A stretch of DNA of 64,000 nt from Nemertoderma westbladi (lineage: Eukaryota; Animalia; Xenacoelomorpha). The stretch lies in contig JAUCBJ010009092.1 of assembly GCA_032718475.1 (NCBI GenBank), positions 184,337 to 248,336 on the forward strand. The letters run 5' to 3'. Positions 26,601-39,500 of this stretch are shown piece by piece; positions within the stretch are counted from its first letter, which is position 1, and every line of letters starts with the position of its first letter. Made by a program: the position numbers and the translations under genes. The notes beneath the pieces were generated by a model, which saw only the letters and a list, made by a program, of their open reading frames with translations, had not been told where the DNA came from and searched no databases.

Positions 26601-27630
26601 ATGTTCGGTCTCCCTAGGAGAGATCTATGTTATGTGTAACAACCCGAAGTCGTTGGTACTCCTGTATGACTGGGTTTACAACGACGATGATGGCGGGGCC
26701 CCTCACCAGGACTGCGGCCCGTTGCGATGGTTGTCGCGGCTCGCTAAACTCAAACTGGAGAGTTTGGCGTCGTCTCGGTTCCCCGAGCAGGTTCGAGACG
26801 AGGCTGGCTTCCTGATTCCCCAGGGGAAGCCACCGCGCCACATCCAGCCACGGCCGCTGGACGCCACCAACGCCGCGGCAGCTCACACACTCGACCTGCT
26901 GAAGACCCGTCGCCGCAACACGCGGGTCTACAACCGACGCATCTTACCTTACAGTATCTCTTCCCACCGCACAATAATGCCGCGACCCACCGTAGTTCTA
27001 AGTCCCGCCAAACTGTCTGCCCCCATGGTGCTAAAGGACCGACAGTCGGACAGGCTTTCAGACAAGGCGGACAGACTTTCAGACCGACAGACAGACGGAC
27101 GGTTGGTAACACCGACTACCGATTTGTCCTCCATCCTTGGGGATTCCGCCAACGGGAATCCCACGACTATCGCTGACTACCCAACAACTATCGGTGACTA
27201 CCTTGTTTACGCGATGCGCAGTCACGGCATCAGTCCCGCCAAACAGAGCGGGACACTGTCCACGGGTGGTGGTGCTTCACCGGAGAATGCACCACTCACC
27301 ACCGATATGATAGTGGAAGTGGCGAACGACGGTAGTGGAGCGGTACCGAGTAGAACCGAGTCGGTTCTACTCGGTAGATCGGATCCGTTGATCCCGTTCC
27401 CGGACTCCTGTTCCGAGATCAGTCTCGGATCGCTTATCTCCGATCGCTCTCGACTTAGTTTCGATGAGGGATGCTCGAGGGACTCGTTTTTCGCGAAGCA
27501 CGCCGCCGACCTGGACATACAGGTCCAGGCGATGATTAACGAGAACAGCCTGGATTACATGTCTAAGTTCGAGGATTTGTTTAAACATCTGTCCGATAAT
27601 AGCTCTCTACACGCCTCATCCGACAAGTGA
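23626..27630 (+). CDS. CRAMP1: Protein cramped-like (SANT domain), 1334 aa, intronless ORF; exact start ATG uncertain
   Basis: It has the SANT-like PWTTIEKDVFFEGLKEYGKNF...RFYYYRTWH, RELFCLINYGEFRK, KIKTPICPALKK, VQSIAQNPRL and the conserved C-terminal motif DIQVQAMINENSLDYMSKFEDL. Confidence 0.92.
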   Translation: MDTRPTRESISSLMVLTDDPLPTDKETLSPSIPNIHVGISSHCSFTTEFRQNPDHHENMPVLRSRIRRVRRFKGANSPQYQQVIASTEAKTSDDINNKQRISSDAKAQCDAVSMPVISPDPKKKKSPWTTIEKDVFFEGLKEYGKNFPRLQAFLSTKCKNLTGDVKAKESRCRFYYYRTWHSLMKSPELKLDPRASSIVRELFCLINYGEFRKYVPLNRGIDVKKGKRLNQLINKGHTVYRARGKGKNFKIKTPICPALKKLMTSQELTDVVETLPASITVSLLPKTMNAFRCVQSIAQNPRLQITIPLTKTIGNLLNFLSQKWSYMNANSPIVTLPIPDILRNGHLVLALDDSLRSSAVPVESYLSQRNSGYIVGLEDYMKIYGQCQPTETMTDDEDAYCGIPDVVGGSGGCERDSGGHEAEGGGCERDSGGHEAEGGGHERDCGGYEAESGERERDSGRHEAEGGGHEPYSGSGGHEWDSGGHELYSGGCEPDSGGCQLDIGGHDADSGGRVPYSGGCDPESGGCELDSGGCELDSGGRDRDVGERETESGGHEPESGGCDAESRGGREADRFIREPYSGERQTECEGRETESRNCVSDSVDQMEGSRDWVADTGRRVMDSVESRPDIYKLSDTEFTGKETDVITDIAADDNTFSQFVCIASDSYSPVKPSTADTIPPPPLPLTNPNLPTEFSLRTHSLSESNTRTVSQAPMNSGAQTYLPMVSSAPTYSSMDSNPPTYSPIDCNPPSALPTDCNPPTDSPMGSNPPTDLPTDCIPPTNSPMGGNPPTDSPMGGNPPTDSPMGGNPPTDPPTALPTESPVSCRSSNQLDTMSEFSMDLPDPMGTDSMGMVDQPVSREGVSGQPMGGSGQPMGVSSSLFSGLWDAYSPPLSKLPSSPPKIVSPSTLSSSIHKSSLPFKKRPVCREEPVQSVTTDRPAVTEDRTRRLSCTEPLRRKVYTMHDNGKVIEFKRLDPVSSEELDGLRASWSRNTECSVSLGEIYVMCNNPKSLVLLYDWVYNDDDGGAPHQDCGPLRWLSRLAKLKLESLASSRFPEQVRDEAGFLIPQGKPPRHIQPRPLDATNAAAAHTLDLLKTRRRNTRVYNRRILPYSISSHRTIMPRPTVVLSPAKLSAPMVLKDRQSDRLSDKADRLSDRQTDGRLVTPTTDLSSILGDSANGNPTTIADYPTTIGDYLVYAMRSHGISPAKQSGTLSTGGGASPENAPLTTDMIVEVANDGSGAVPSRTESVLLGRSDPLIPFPDSCSEISLGSLISDRSRLSFDEGCSRDSFFAKHAADLDIQVQAMINENSLDYMSKFEDLFKHLSDNSSLHASSDK
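24850..25400 (+). repeat. Coding 21-bp (7-aa) degenerate repeat in CRAMP1
   Basis: GAGCGGGACAGTGGGGGATGT-type units encode GGCERDS / GGHEAEG / GGCELDS. Confidence 0.9.
25760..26080 (+). repeat. Coding 30-bp (10-aa) repeat in CRAMP1
   Basis: SPMGGNPPTD-type units; the copies at ~25970-26055 are near identical at DNA level. Confidence 0.9.
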
Positions 27631-29128
27631 ATATTGTGCATTATTATTGTGTAGTTATTTTATATTTCTATGTGTATATTTTCATTTATATATTCAGTTT
27701 AGTGTTCTATTAGTCCATTCCATTTAGGAGAAGATGGGGAAACATTTATTGGCAGTTGATACGAACCGAATTTTTCTGATTCTACAACATATTGCTAACG
27801 TCTATCGCCCCAATAATTGTTAATAACGATTTTTTTGCGAACCACGTTTAGCTTTACGATCGAGTGAACTCTCCTCTCCATATAGTTATCTCCATATTTT
27901 GGCTGTATCCCATTGAGTCACACAGCTTATATCACAATTATTTAAACTATTCTGGAACATCGCTATTTGGTACTTCTTCCCTGCTTTATTCTACGAATAA
28001 ACACACGATCAGCTAAATATATTTTTTATTCTTAAATTTTAATTATTCGTTCAAATACCCCAATTTTTCCCGGGGAAAAAAGTAGGATTTCGTCGATTTA
28101 ATTTTTTTCTTGAAGTTAAATATGAAAATCAGTAAATGATTTTGTAAAATATCATAAATTTTAATTATTGCGTAATTTGAGCGAAATCCATTCAATTACT
28201 CAAGAGTTATTGCTAGTTTAGTGTCTGTAAGGGGAACTCCAAAACGGAACTCAATATCCAATATTGGTTTAGGTATGTACGTACAGTACATGTACTGTAG
28301 TTAAGCGGCTCTCTAGTTACGTAATAAATATTCTAGAACGCTAAATCATTTAACATTAAGTAAGGCAACATCGGGAGTTGAAGAGTTCAATAATATGTAT
28401 AGCAGTAACTATGGAAACAATATAGTAAAATAACTATATCTCAATTTATTTTGTAATACTATATCATTCTTGGCGTTTAAGAATTAATGAACACCATAAA
28501 ACGTGAGACTTGAACAGCCAACTATAACACGTCTCAGGTCATCAGTGGAGTATTCGGACTCGCTCCAAATTAATATACAGTAGCAGGTTGTTAAGGGGAG
28601 TTTCGGGGAATTTTATATAAAATACATGTTTTTATAAAAAATACATGTTTTTATAAAAAATCTTTTTTTGTTTAAATTTTTAAAAACATACGGTAGCTGT
28701 TGAAGAATAGCCAAACTTGGACCATTTTAAAAAGGACCCAAAAAGGGCTACTTTTAGTACCTTTTGATCCAAAATGGCTCCTGAGGATTTTCAGCGAAAA
28801 TTTATTGGCAATTATATCCCGAACGAGTATACCAAATTTTAACTAATTTTAGTAAAAAATTCTGGAAAAATAGCGTTTGCAATATTGTTTTTACATAATG
28901 TATAAATAAATTTATCTCTATCTAAACTGCGACAACTATGGAGAAACGGGAAGCTCGCAAGGACCTCCTTTCCACTGCACTGTCTGAGCCTGCTTCACTC
29001 GACCTTGTAGTAGTAGTAGAAAATTGCGAATTAGTTCTGGGTTACTGTGTTACCCCGTATTTCACCCTAGATTGTGGAGTTTACCTTTAACTACTTGAGA
29101 TATATTTTGATTGATTTATAGTTCTCAC

Positions 29129-29331
29129 CTTGTAGTATTACTTTTCTTTGTGTTTGTGGTCTGGGACAGTTTTCCACTTGTTATTAGATCTGCGCAACCT
29201 TTGAATGTGAACTCCTCGCTGAATGGGTTGTTGTATAATGTAATATTCTTAATGAATTCGGTATCATCGGGTTGGACGTTATTTGCAATGCATATTTGGT
29301 GTAGCAGCGATAGTGTCACGTATTCCTCCAT
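29129..29331 (-). other. Candidate exon of an unidentified small spliced gene (possible next exon 29003-28922)
   Basis: An open frame MEEYVTLSLLHQ...KSNTT is bounded by the acceptor-like TTTTTACTTTACCCAG and the donor-like AAG|GTGAGA. No recognisable homology. Confidence 0.3.
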
Positions 29332-29806
29332 CTGGGTAAAGTAAAAACTCGTCCGGTTTGTCTAATCCAAGATTCCATAATGGTCCTTTGATGATCTTGG
29401 TATGTATGGAAGTCAGATAAGGAGGGGGTGGGGGAGGGGGGTTAATTGTAAACAGATAGGTGAGGGCAGGGGGGATCCTGGACGCAATCAAAAAGCACTC
29501 CTCCCCAGTGGAAAATCGACGTGACACGAATATATTCCATGCCCCGGAGATTAGGGGGATTTTCGGACGACTCTTCGATATATCACTTTCAGCGTTTCAA
29601 AATTGATTGGTTTAGGCTAAAATTTTGAATATAGGTGCCTAAGATGCTATTCTACATGACAGGTCAGAAAAATTTTATTTTTCGCTATTTAATATTAGTT
29701 AATACTAGTTAACAATAAATAAAACTTGGTTGCGTTTAATTTTTTATATGATAGATCAACGATGGGGCAACATAACTATCAGACGAAATTTTGTGAAAAT
29801 AATTCT

Positions 29807-29826
29807 GCACCTCTAGGTGGCGCTGC
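29807..29826 (+). promoter_or_regulatory. CTCF-like motif
   Basis: GCACCTCTAGGTGGCGCTGC resembles the CTCF core consensus. Motif match only; it may belong to an old transposon. Confidence 0.25.
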
Positions 29827-30820
29827 AAATTTATGGTAATTTTTTAGGCTTTTTATAAATAGTATTAAATTTTATTAACAAAAAATTTCATTTAGTTGTC
29901 TGATACTTCTATGCAGGGTAGCTATCTAGACACCCACAGAAAGTTTCAGACTGATTACTCAAAATTGTAGAAGTAGTAGGGTTTTGAAGTTGACAATTTC
30001 ATAGAAAAAATATTTGGAGATAATCGACCTTTCATTATACATAGTAATAGTAATTTCAATAGGAATCCCTAAATGGAAATTGTTATAACTTAAAAACTAA
30101 AAGAGCTATTAAATTGCGGTTTTCAGATATGAAAACACCATTCAATGGTGCATTATAATAGATCATAAAAAATACTGGTGTATTTATGTATTTGTTAACG
30201 TGTATTTATTAAATAGAATAAATGGCCTTCAGCGAACAATAATTCTTGTAATCTTTGAACGCCTATATCTCAGTTGTTTCTCAACGAAATTCAGATATTG
30301 TTACATATTTGGAATCCTTGCAACGCAAGCTTTCTAATGATATCTATAAAGCGAGGTTAATGTGAAGAATGGCGATGATAGGAGATGTGCAATTTCGCTA
30401 AAGACACTTTTTTAAAACCCTCATAAAAAATTTAAAGGCGTAATAGAAAATTCCGGCTTCATGGTAACAACCACGGTGAGTTGAACTAGTTGTGTTTTAA
30501 ATTTTAAGCAATATAATAAAGATTTGTAGAAAAATTTGGGGGGGGGGGATCCGTGTCATCAGAAACTGACACTATATTACGGGTCATGGTGTATATAAAG
30601 TAAAAATGTTCTAGAACGTTAGCTAGTGTCATTTTTTGCCTTTATAGGTCGCTATTTGAAGTCGGCCTACTACAGTAGTTAGTTATTTAAATAATATTAT
30701 TGCTTCAAATGAATCACCAAACTTAGATATAAAATAAAAAGAACAAGAAAGTTGCTGCGAACAATTTGGAGAATCAAGCGCTTATACTGTAATATACTAA
30801 TTAACTTTAGAGAGTACGTT

Positions 30821-31375
30821 ATGGCGAGTCAAGGAGTCCGAGTTGAGTTTCATGGGATGCCGGCAGCTGAGGACGAAGTCTCGGAATGCGATGTGGCCAC
30901 CGACAAACCTAAACCGAAGAAGAAACTTCGATCGAGGTTGTATTCGGTTGTATTCGCTTCGATGCTGAGTAGATGTGGTCTCAGCACGTTATCTACGGAT
31001 GAGTCTAACAGAATGCGGAATAAACGACCGAACACATACAGACTGGACCCGACACAACGGTTCCCTACTGATAGGGTCAGTAGGATGATGTGTCTACTGC
31101 TGCAGAACAGACTGTCTGCCTGTCGTTACGACCCGGACACCTCCCCCGGATTGGTTAAGGAACTCGCAGACACCATAAAGGTGGCCTGTAAGAAACAGGT
31201 TTGGTACGGGTACAAATACGTCGCTATGGTAACCATAGGACAAGCGAGCGAGATTGGCGTCGTTAGCGCGTCTCAGTTTCTCTGGAGCAGCACCACTGAC
31301 AGGTACGCCACCGCCACCTACAAAAACGCCACTCTATTCGCCCACGCAATTATCTACGCTGTTTACCAAGAATAA
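30821..31375 (+). CDS. Tctex-1 domain-containing dynein light chain (TCTEX1D/DYNLT family), 184 aa, intronless CDS
   Basis: NTYRLDPTQRF...YDP...LADTIK...YKYVAMVTIGQ...SQFLWSSTTDRYA...NATLFA...YAVYQE matches the Tctex-1 domain with an N-terminal extension. The first ATG is at 30821. The paralogue cannot be resolved by eye. Confidence 0.9.
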   Translation: MASQGVRVEFHGMPAAEDEVSECDVATDKPKPKKKLRSRLYSVVFASMLSRCGLSTLSTDESNRMRNKRPNTYRLDPTQRFPTDRVSRMMCLLLQNRLSACRYDPDTSPGLVKELADTIKVACKKQVWYGYKYVAMVTIGQASEIGVVSASQFLWSSTTDRYATATYKNATLFAHAIIYAVYQE

Positions 31376-31899
31376 CAGTAGACCGCGGATAAAAAGCTCA
31401 AGTTATTTTATAACGAAAATAATACTTTTTATTAAAATTAGAAGTTCCTTTGGTATTTTATTTATAATAATTATATATTGATGATTAAAAAGTTTATATT
31501 TGTGCATTTATCGAATTGAGAGTAATTCTGGGACTTTACTTTTTTCAACTTTTAGCCCATTTAGACTGACTGTGAAATAAATACAATGCAAGAAAGCTCT
31601 GAATCCCAATCGGTCCGCTAACAAAAATAAACGCTTCTCAGACAACCGTTGATTACAACTTCGTTCTGAACTATCTGTGCTTTTGGAACTTGTTAATTGT
31701 TTTAGTTTAGAAAGAAACCTACAGTACCACAGACCGTAACATACTACATGGAAAACGTTCAGAAGTAAACGGAAATTATAGCATAGCCATATAAAATTCA
31801 AATGATCCACGGTCTAAAACCTTCAGATTGCCCCACAAGAGTTGTAGCCGCTGGAGAAATCTCTCAGACTTTGCAGAACTTCTCTTTGCAGATGACTTC

Positions 31900-32821
31900 C
31901 CTACTTCTTTGAAAGGGACCGTAAGAAGTAATATTTATTTGCAGATGTTACAGATGTTTTTGTACCTAGCATTGGCGAAAGCAGAGATGTTGTCTTCCAG
32001 CAAGACGGTGTTCCACCACATTGGGGACTAATTGTGCGGGTGTACTTGAATGATGTGTTTCCTGGTAGATGGATTGGCCGAAATGGTCCGATAACATGCC
32101 GCCCTAGGTCACCTGACCAAACCCCATGTGACTTTTACTTGTGAGGTCATCTAAAGAACATTGTGTACATCCAGCCTCTTGCCTACCTCATCGAACTGTG
32201 AATTGCATGCAATTAGTGATGCGTTTCAATCTATACCTACTGCTCTCCTCCAGAACTGCTACACTGGGCTAATCCGCAGACAGGGTAAGGCACAGAATGT
32301 CAGCGGGGGACACATCGATGTTTACAGCCAAATCAAATATAGTATGACTAGTTTACAAATTAAAATTGTCTTCCTAATGATACCAACATCTCAAAACAAT
32401 CTAGGAATTTTCCAAAACATTCTTCAATGGCAATAATTGCAAATGTCTCATTCGTTCCATATAAATTTTAAAAAACGTGATAATGAAAGTGTCTGGAGCC
32501 ACTAAAAGCAGGAGGTTTCCATTGCAACGAAATCATTCAACACCCATGGCAATCTTAAGTTAGTGTAATTCCTTAACAATCTAAAAAACTTAAAATTTTT
32601 ACGCTTAAAATTAATTATTAATGCATCTTTCGAAAACCATTGTTTCTTTATGAACTGCGTCATGGGGTTACCATAGCAACATAATTGTTTCTAACAAGTT
32701 TATTTCTTTAAGTTAGCACTCTATCTTTCTAATGATACCAATAATCCCGAATTATAATAATTAAGGAGCAGCGGAGTTATTTGAAAACAAAACCATGTCA
32801 AATTTTGTAGGACATCCCGTA
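31900..32821 (+). mobile_element. Tc1/mariner-superfamily remnant with DD41D spacing (rosa/Visitor-like), pseudogenised
   Basis: 31989-32168 translates to VVFQQDGVPPHWGLIVRVYLNDVFPGRWIGRNGPITCRPRSPDQTPCDFYL*GHLKNIVY, with 41 residues between the last two Asp and an internal stop. A right-end-like TTTTGTAGGACATCCCG+TA is at 32803-32821. Confidence 0.85.
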
Positions 32822-33517
32822 CAATACAATTGATAAATTAGTTTGAATAAAGCGCTGCTGTGCAAAACTGGACCTCTCACAACACTCAAATCACCCCGAA
32901 GTGGCTCAAACTAGTTATTTCGTAACACATGATGAATTCCCATCACATGATTTTATTCTTTTATTTGGGATTGTAGAGAGTAAGTATCCTTCGGGGAGAA
33001 CATTATTGATATTATTCCTAGGAAACACCCATCCAAACGAACGTTATTGGCTGTCTATATTACATCACCCATCATCCTTGTTTAGGCGTTGGCAGGCCTC
33101 ACCCACAAGAACAGCCAATAGCATATAAGAATTTTCCGTTTACCTAGTTACTACTGGTTCACCTCAGTATACTATGTCATCGCGAACTGGTTTTTGGTGG
33201 GAATAACCTGTTCGTCAACAACACTGTTAACGAAATTATCAGGCTGATCTTTTTAAAAGCAGACTGAATAGTTTAGTCGCATTATTTTGTTACGTTATTT
33301 GAAATTACTTAGAGTTCTTGTGATCCGTAATTAATTTATACGCTTAACATCCAAATGAATATGAACGTTATTTAAAAAAACCTTTTAATTTAAATAAGAG
33401 ATTTTCTGTATTCTGCGAAAAAATCTGAGGTTTCTCACGACACAACGTTTTCTCAAGAGATCGAGCCTTGAAAATGATTATAGAGTGCAATCCCAAAGGG
33501 AGATAGAGAACGGTTAA

Positions 33518-36500
33518 CTACAAACTGGTGAACAGCACTATAAACTGGTTAACAGCACTACAAACTGGTGAACAGCACTATAAACTGGTTAACAGCACTA
33601 CAAACTGGTGAACAGCACTACAAACTGGTGAACAGCTCTACAAACTGGTGAACAGCACTACAAACTGGTGAACAGCACTATAAACTGGTTAACAGCACTA
33701 CAAACTGGTTAACAGCACTACAAACTGGTGAACAGCACTACAAACTGGTGAACAGCTCTACAAACTGGTTAACAGCACAGCACTACAAACTGGTGAACAG
33801 AACTACAAACTGGTGAACAGCTCTACAAACTGGTGAACAGCACTACAAACTGGTGAACAGCTCTACAAACTGGTGAACAGCACTATAAACTGGTTAACAG
33901 CACTACAAACTGGTTAACAGCACTACAAACTGGTTAACAGCACTACAAACTGGTGAACAGCTCTACAAACTGGTGAACAGCACTATAAACTTGTGAACAG
34001 CACTACAAACTGGTGAACAGCACTACAAACTGGTGAACAGCACTACAAACTGGTGAACAGCACTATAAACTGGTTAACAGCACTACAAACTGGTTAACAG
34101 CACTACAAACTGGTGAACAGCACTACAAACTGGTGAACAGCTCTACAAACTGGTGAACAGCACTACAAACTGGTGAACAGCTCTACAAACTGGTGAACAG
34201 CACTATAAACTGGTTAACAGCACTACAAACTGGTTAACAGCACTACAAACTGGTGAACAGCGCTATAAACTGGTTAACAGCACTACAAACTGGTGAACAG
34301 CTCTACAAACTGGTGAACAGCACTACAAACTGGTGAACAGCACTACAAACTGGTTAACAGCACAGCACTACAAACTGGTGAACAGAACTACAAACTGGTG
34401 AACAGCTCTACAAACTGGTGAACAGCACTACAAACTGGTGAACAGCTCTACAAACTGGTGAACAGCACTATAAACTGGTTAACAGCACTACAAACTGGTT
34501 AACAGCACTACAAACTGGTTAACAGCACTACAAACTGGTGAACAGCTCTACAAACTGGTGAACAGCACTATAAACTTGTGAACAGCACTACAAACTGGTG
34601 AACAGCACTACAAACTGGTGAACAGCACTACAAACTGGTGAACAGCACTATAAACTTGTGAACAGCACTACAAACTTGTGAACAGCACTATAAACTGGTT
34701 AACAGCACAGCACTACAAACTGGTGAACAGCACTACAAACTGGTGAACAGCACTATAAACTGGTTAACAGCACTACAAACTGGTTAACAGCACTACAAAC
34801 TGGTGAACAGCACTACAAACTGGTGAACAGCTCTACAAACTGGTTAACAGCACAGCACTACAAACTGGTGAACAGAACTACAAACTGGTGAACAGCTCTA
34901 CAAACTGGTGAACAGCACTACAAACTGGTGAACAGCTCTACAAACTGGTGAACAGCACTATAAACTGGTTAACAGCACTACAAACTGGTTAACAGCACTA
35001 CAAACTGGTTAACAGCACTACAAACTGGTGAACAGCTCTACAAACTGGTGAACAGCACTATAAACTTGTGAACAGCACTATAAACTGGTTAACAGCACAG
35101 CACTACAAACTGGTGAACAACACTACAAACTGGTGAACAGCTCTACAAACTGGTGAACAGCACTACAAACTGGTGAACAGCTCTACAAACTGGTGAACAG
35201 CACTATAAACTGGTTAACAGCACTACAAACTGGTTAACAGCACTACAAACTGGTGAACAGCGCTATAAACTGGTTAACAGCACTACAAACTGGTGAACAG
35301 CTCTACAAACTGGTGAACAGCACTACAAACTGGTGAACAGCACTACAAACTGGTTAACAGCACAGCACTACAAACTGGTGAACAGAACTACAAACTGGTG
35401 AACAGCTCTACAAACTGGTGAACAGCACTACAAACTGGTGAACAGCTCTACAAACTGGTGAACAGCACTATAAACTGGTTAACAGCACTACAAACTGGTT
35501 AACAGCACTACAAACTGGTTAACAGCACTACAAACTGGTGAACAGCTCTACAAACTGGTGAACAGCACTATAAACTTGTGAACAGCACTACAAACTGGTG
35601 AACAGCACTACAAACTGGTGAACAGCACTACAAACTGGTGAACAGCACTATAAACTTGTGAACAGCACTACAAACTTGTGAACAGCACTATAAACTGGTT
35701 AACAGCACAGCACTACAAACTGGTGAACAGCACTATAAACTTGTGAACAGCACTACAAACTGGTTAACAGCTCTACAAACTGGTGAACAACACTACAAAC
35801 TGGTGAACAGCACTACAAACTGGTGAACAGCTCTACAAACTGGTGAACAGCACTATAAACTGGTTAACAGCACAGCACTACAAACTGGTGAACAGCACTA
35901 TAAACTTGTGAACAGCACTACAAACTGGTTAACAGCTCTACAAACTGGTGAACAGCACTACAAACTGGTGAACAGCTCTACAAACTGGTGAACAGCTCTA
36001 CAAACTGGTGAACAGCACTACAAAATGGTGAACAGCACTACAAACTGGTGAACAGCACTACAAACTGGTGAACAGCACTACAAACTGGTGAACAGTACTA
36101 CAAACTGGTGAACAGCACTACAAACTGGTGAACAACACTACAAACTGGTGAACAGCACTACAAACTGGTGAACAGCACTATAAACTTGTGAACAGCACTA
36201 TAAACTGGTGAACAGCACTATAAACTGGTGAACAGCACTACAAACTGGTGAACAGCACTACAAACTGGTGAACAGCACTACAAACTGGTGAACAGCACTA
36301 TAAACTGGTGAACAGCACTATAAACTGGTGAACAGCACTATAAACTGGTGAACAGCACTACAAACTGGTGAACAGCACTACAAACTGGTGAACAGCACTA
36401 CAAACTGGTGAACGCACTACAAACTGGTGAACAGCACTACAAACTGGTGAACAGCACTACAAACTGGTGAACAGCACTATAAACTGGTTAACAGCACTAC

Positions 36501-39500
36501 AAACTGGTGAACAGCACTATAAACTGGTTAACAGCTCTACAAACTGGTGAACAGCTCTACAAACTGGTGAACAGCACTATAAACTGGTTAACAGCACAGC
36601 ACTACAAACTGGTGAACAGCACTATAAACTTGTGAACAGCACTACAAACTGGTGAACAGCACTACAAACTGGTGAACAGCACTACAAACTGGTGAACAGC
36701 ACTATAAACTGGTTAACAGCACAGCACTACAAACTGGTGAACAGCACTATAAACTTGTGAACAGCACTACAAACTGGTTAACAGCTCTACAAACTGGTGA
36801 ACAGCACTACAAACTGGTGAACAGCTCTACAAACTGGTGAACAGCACTACAAACTGGTGAACAGCACTACAAACTGGTGAACAGCACTACAAACTGGTGA
36901 ACAGCACTATAAACTTGTGAACAGCACTACAAACTTGTGAACAGCACTATAAACTGGTTAACAGCACAGCACTACAAACTGGTGAACAGCACTATAAACT
37001 TGTGAACAGCACTACAAACTGGTTAACAGCTCTACAAACTGGTGAACAACACTACAAACTGGTGAACAGCACTACAAACTGGTGAACAGCTCTACAAACT
37101 GGTGAACAGCACTACAAAATGGTGAACAGCACAACAAACTGGTGAACAGCACTACAAACTGGTGAACAGCACTACAAACTGGTGAACAGTACTACAAACT
37201 GGTGAACAGCACTACAAACTGGTGAACAACACTACAAACTGGTGAACAGCACTACAAACTGGTGAACAGCACTATAAACTTGTGAACAGCACTACAAACT
37301 GGTTAACAGCTCTACAAACTGGTGAACAGCACTATAAACTGGTTAACAGCGCTATAAACTGGTGAACAGCACTACAAACTGGTGAACAGCACTATAAACT
37401 TGTGAACAGCACTACAAACTGGTTAACAGCTCTACAAACTGGTGAACAGCACTATAAACTGGTTAACAGCACCACAAACTGGTGAACAACACTACAAACT
37501 GGTGAACAGCACTACAAACTGGTGAACAGCACTACAAACTGGTGAACAGCACTATAAACTGGTGAACAGCACTACAAACTGGTGAACAGCACTATAAACT
37601 TGTGAACAGCACTATAAACTGGTTAACAGCACTACAAACTGGTGAACAGCACTATAAACTGGTTAACAGCTCTACAAACTGGTGAACAGCTCTACAAACT
37701 GGTGAACAGCACTATAAACTGGTTAACAGCACAGCACTACAAACTGGTGAACAGCACTATAAACTTGTGAACAGCACTACAAACTGGTGAACAGCACTAC
37801 AAACTGGTGAACAGCACTACAAACTGGTGAACAGCTCTACAAACTGGTGAACAGCACTATAAACTGGTTAACAGCACAGCACTACAAACTGGTGAACAGC
37901 ACTATAAACTTGTGAACAGCACTACAAACTGGTTAACAGCTCTACAAACTGGTGAACAGCACTACAAACTGGTGAACAGCACTATAAACTTGTGAACAGC
38001 ACTACAAACTTGTGAACAGCACTACAAACTGGTGAACAGCACTATAAACTTGTGAACAGCACTACAAACTTGTGAACAGCACTATAAACTGGTTAACAGC
38101 ACAGCACTACAAACTGGTGAACAGCACTATAAACTTGTGAACAGCACTACAAACTGGTTAACAGCTCTACAAACTGGTGAACAACACTACAAACTGGTGA
38201 ACAGCACTACAAACTGGTGAACAGCTCTACAAACTGGTGAACAGCACTATAAACTGGTTAACAGCACAGCACTACAAACTGGTGAACAGCACTATAAACT
38301 TGTGAACAGCACTACAAACTGGTTAACAGCTCTACAAACTGGCGAACAGCACTACAAAATGGTGAACAGCACTACAAACTGGTGAACAGCACTACAAACT
38401 GGTGAACAGCACTACAAACTGGTGAACAGCACTACAAACTGGTGAACAGCACTACAAACTGGTGAACAGTACTACAAACTGGTGAACAGCACTACAAACT
38501 GGTGAACAGCACTACAAACTGGTGAACAGTACTACAAACTGGTGAACAGCACTACAAACTGGTGAACAACACTACAAACTGGTGAACAGCACTACAAACT
38601 GGTGAACAGCTCTACAAACTGGTGAACAGCTCTACAAACTGGTGAACAGCACTACAAAATGGTGAACAGCACTACAAACTGGTGAACAGCACTACAAACT
38701 GGTGAACAGCACTACAAACTGGTGAACAGTACTACAAACTGGTGAACAGCACTACAAACTGGTGAACAACACTACAAACTGGTGAACAGCACTACAAACT
38801 GGTGAACAGCACTATAAACTTGTGAACAGCACTACAAACTGGTTAACAGCTCTACAAACTGGTGAACAGCACTATAAACTGGTTAACAGCGCTATAAACT
38901 GGTGAACAGCACTACAAACTGGTGAACAGCACTATAAACTTGTGAACAGCACTACAAACTGGTTAACAGCTCTACAAACTGGTGAACAGCACTATAAACT
39001 GGTTAACAGCACTACAAACTGGTGAACAACACTACAAACTGGTGAACAGCACTACAAACTGGTGAACAGCACTATAAACTGGTGAACAGCACTATAAACT
39101 GGTGAACAGCACTACAAACTGGTGAACAGCACTATAAACTTGTGAACAGCACTACAAACTGGTTAACAGCTCTACAAACTGGTGAACAGCACTATAAACT
39201 GGTTAACAGCACTATAAACTGGTGAACAGCACTACAAACTTGTGAACAGCACTACAAACTGGTTAACAGCTCTACAAACTGGTGAACAGCACTATAAACT
39301 GGTTAACAGCACTATAAACTGGTTAACAGCACAGCACTACAAACTGGTGAACAGCACTATAAACTTGTGAACAGCACTACAAACTGGTTAACAGCTCTAC
39401 AAACTGGTGAACAGCACTACAAACTGGTGAACAGCACTACAAACTGGTGAACAGCACTACAAACTGGTTAACAGCACTACAAACTTGTGAACAGCACTAC

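Noticed and set aside
28591-30420. TTAA-GGGGAG start suggesting a Kolobok or piggyBac-like element
   Set aside because: I could not find a matching right terminus or transposase. It is probably old TE sequence but cannot be supported as a defined feature.
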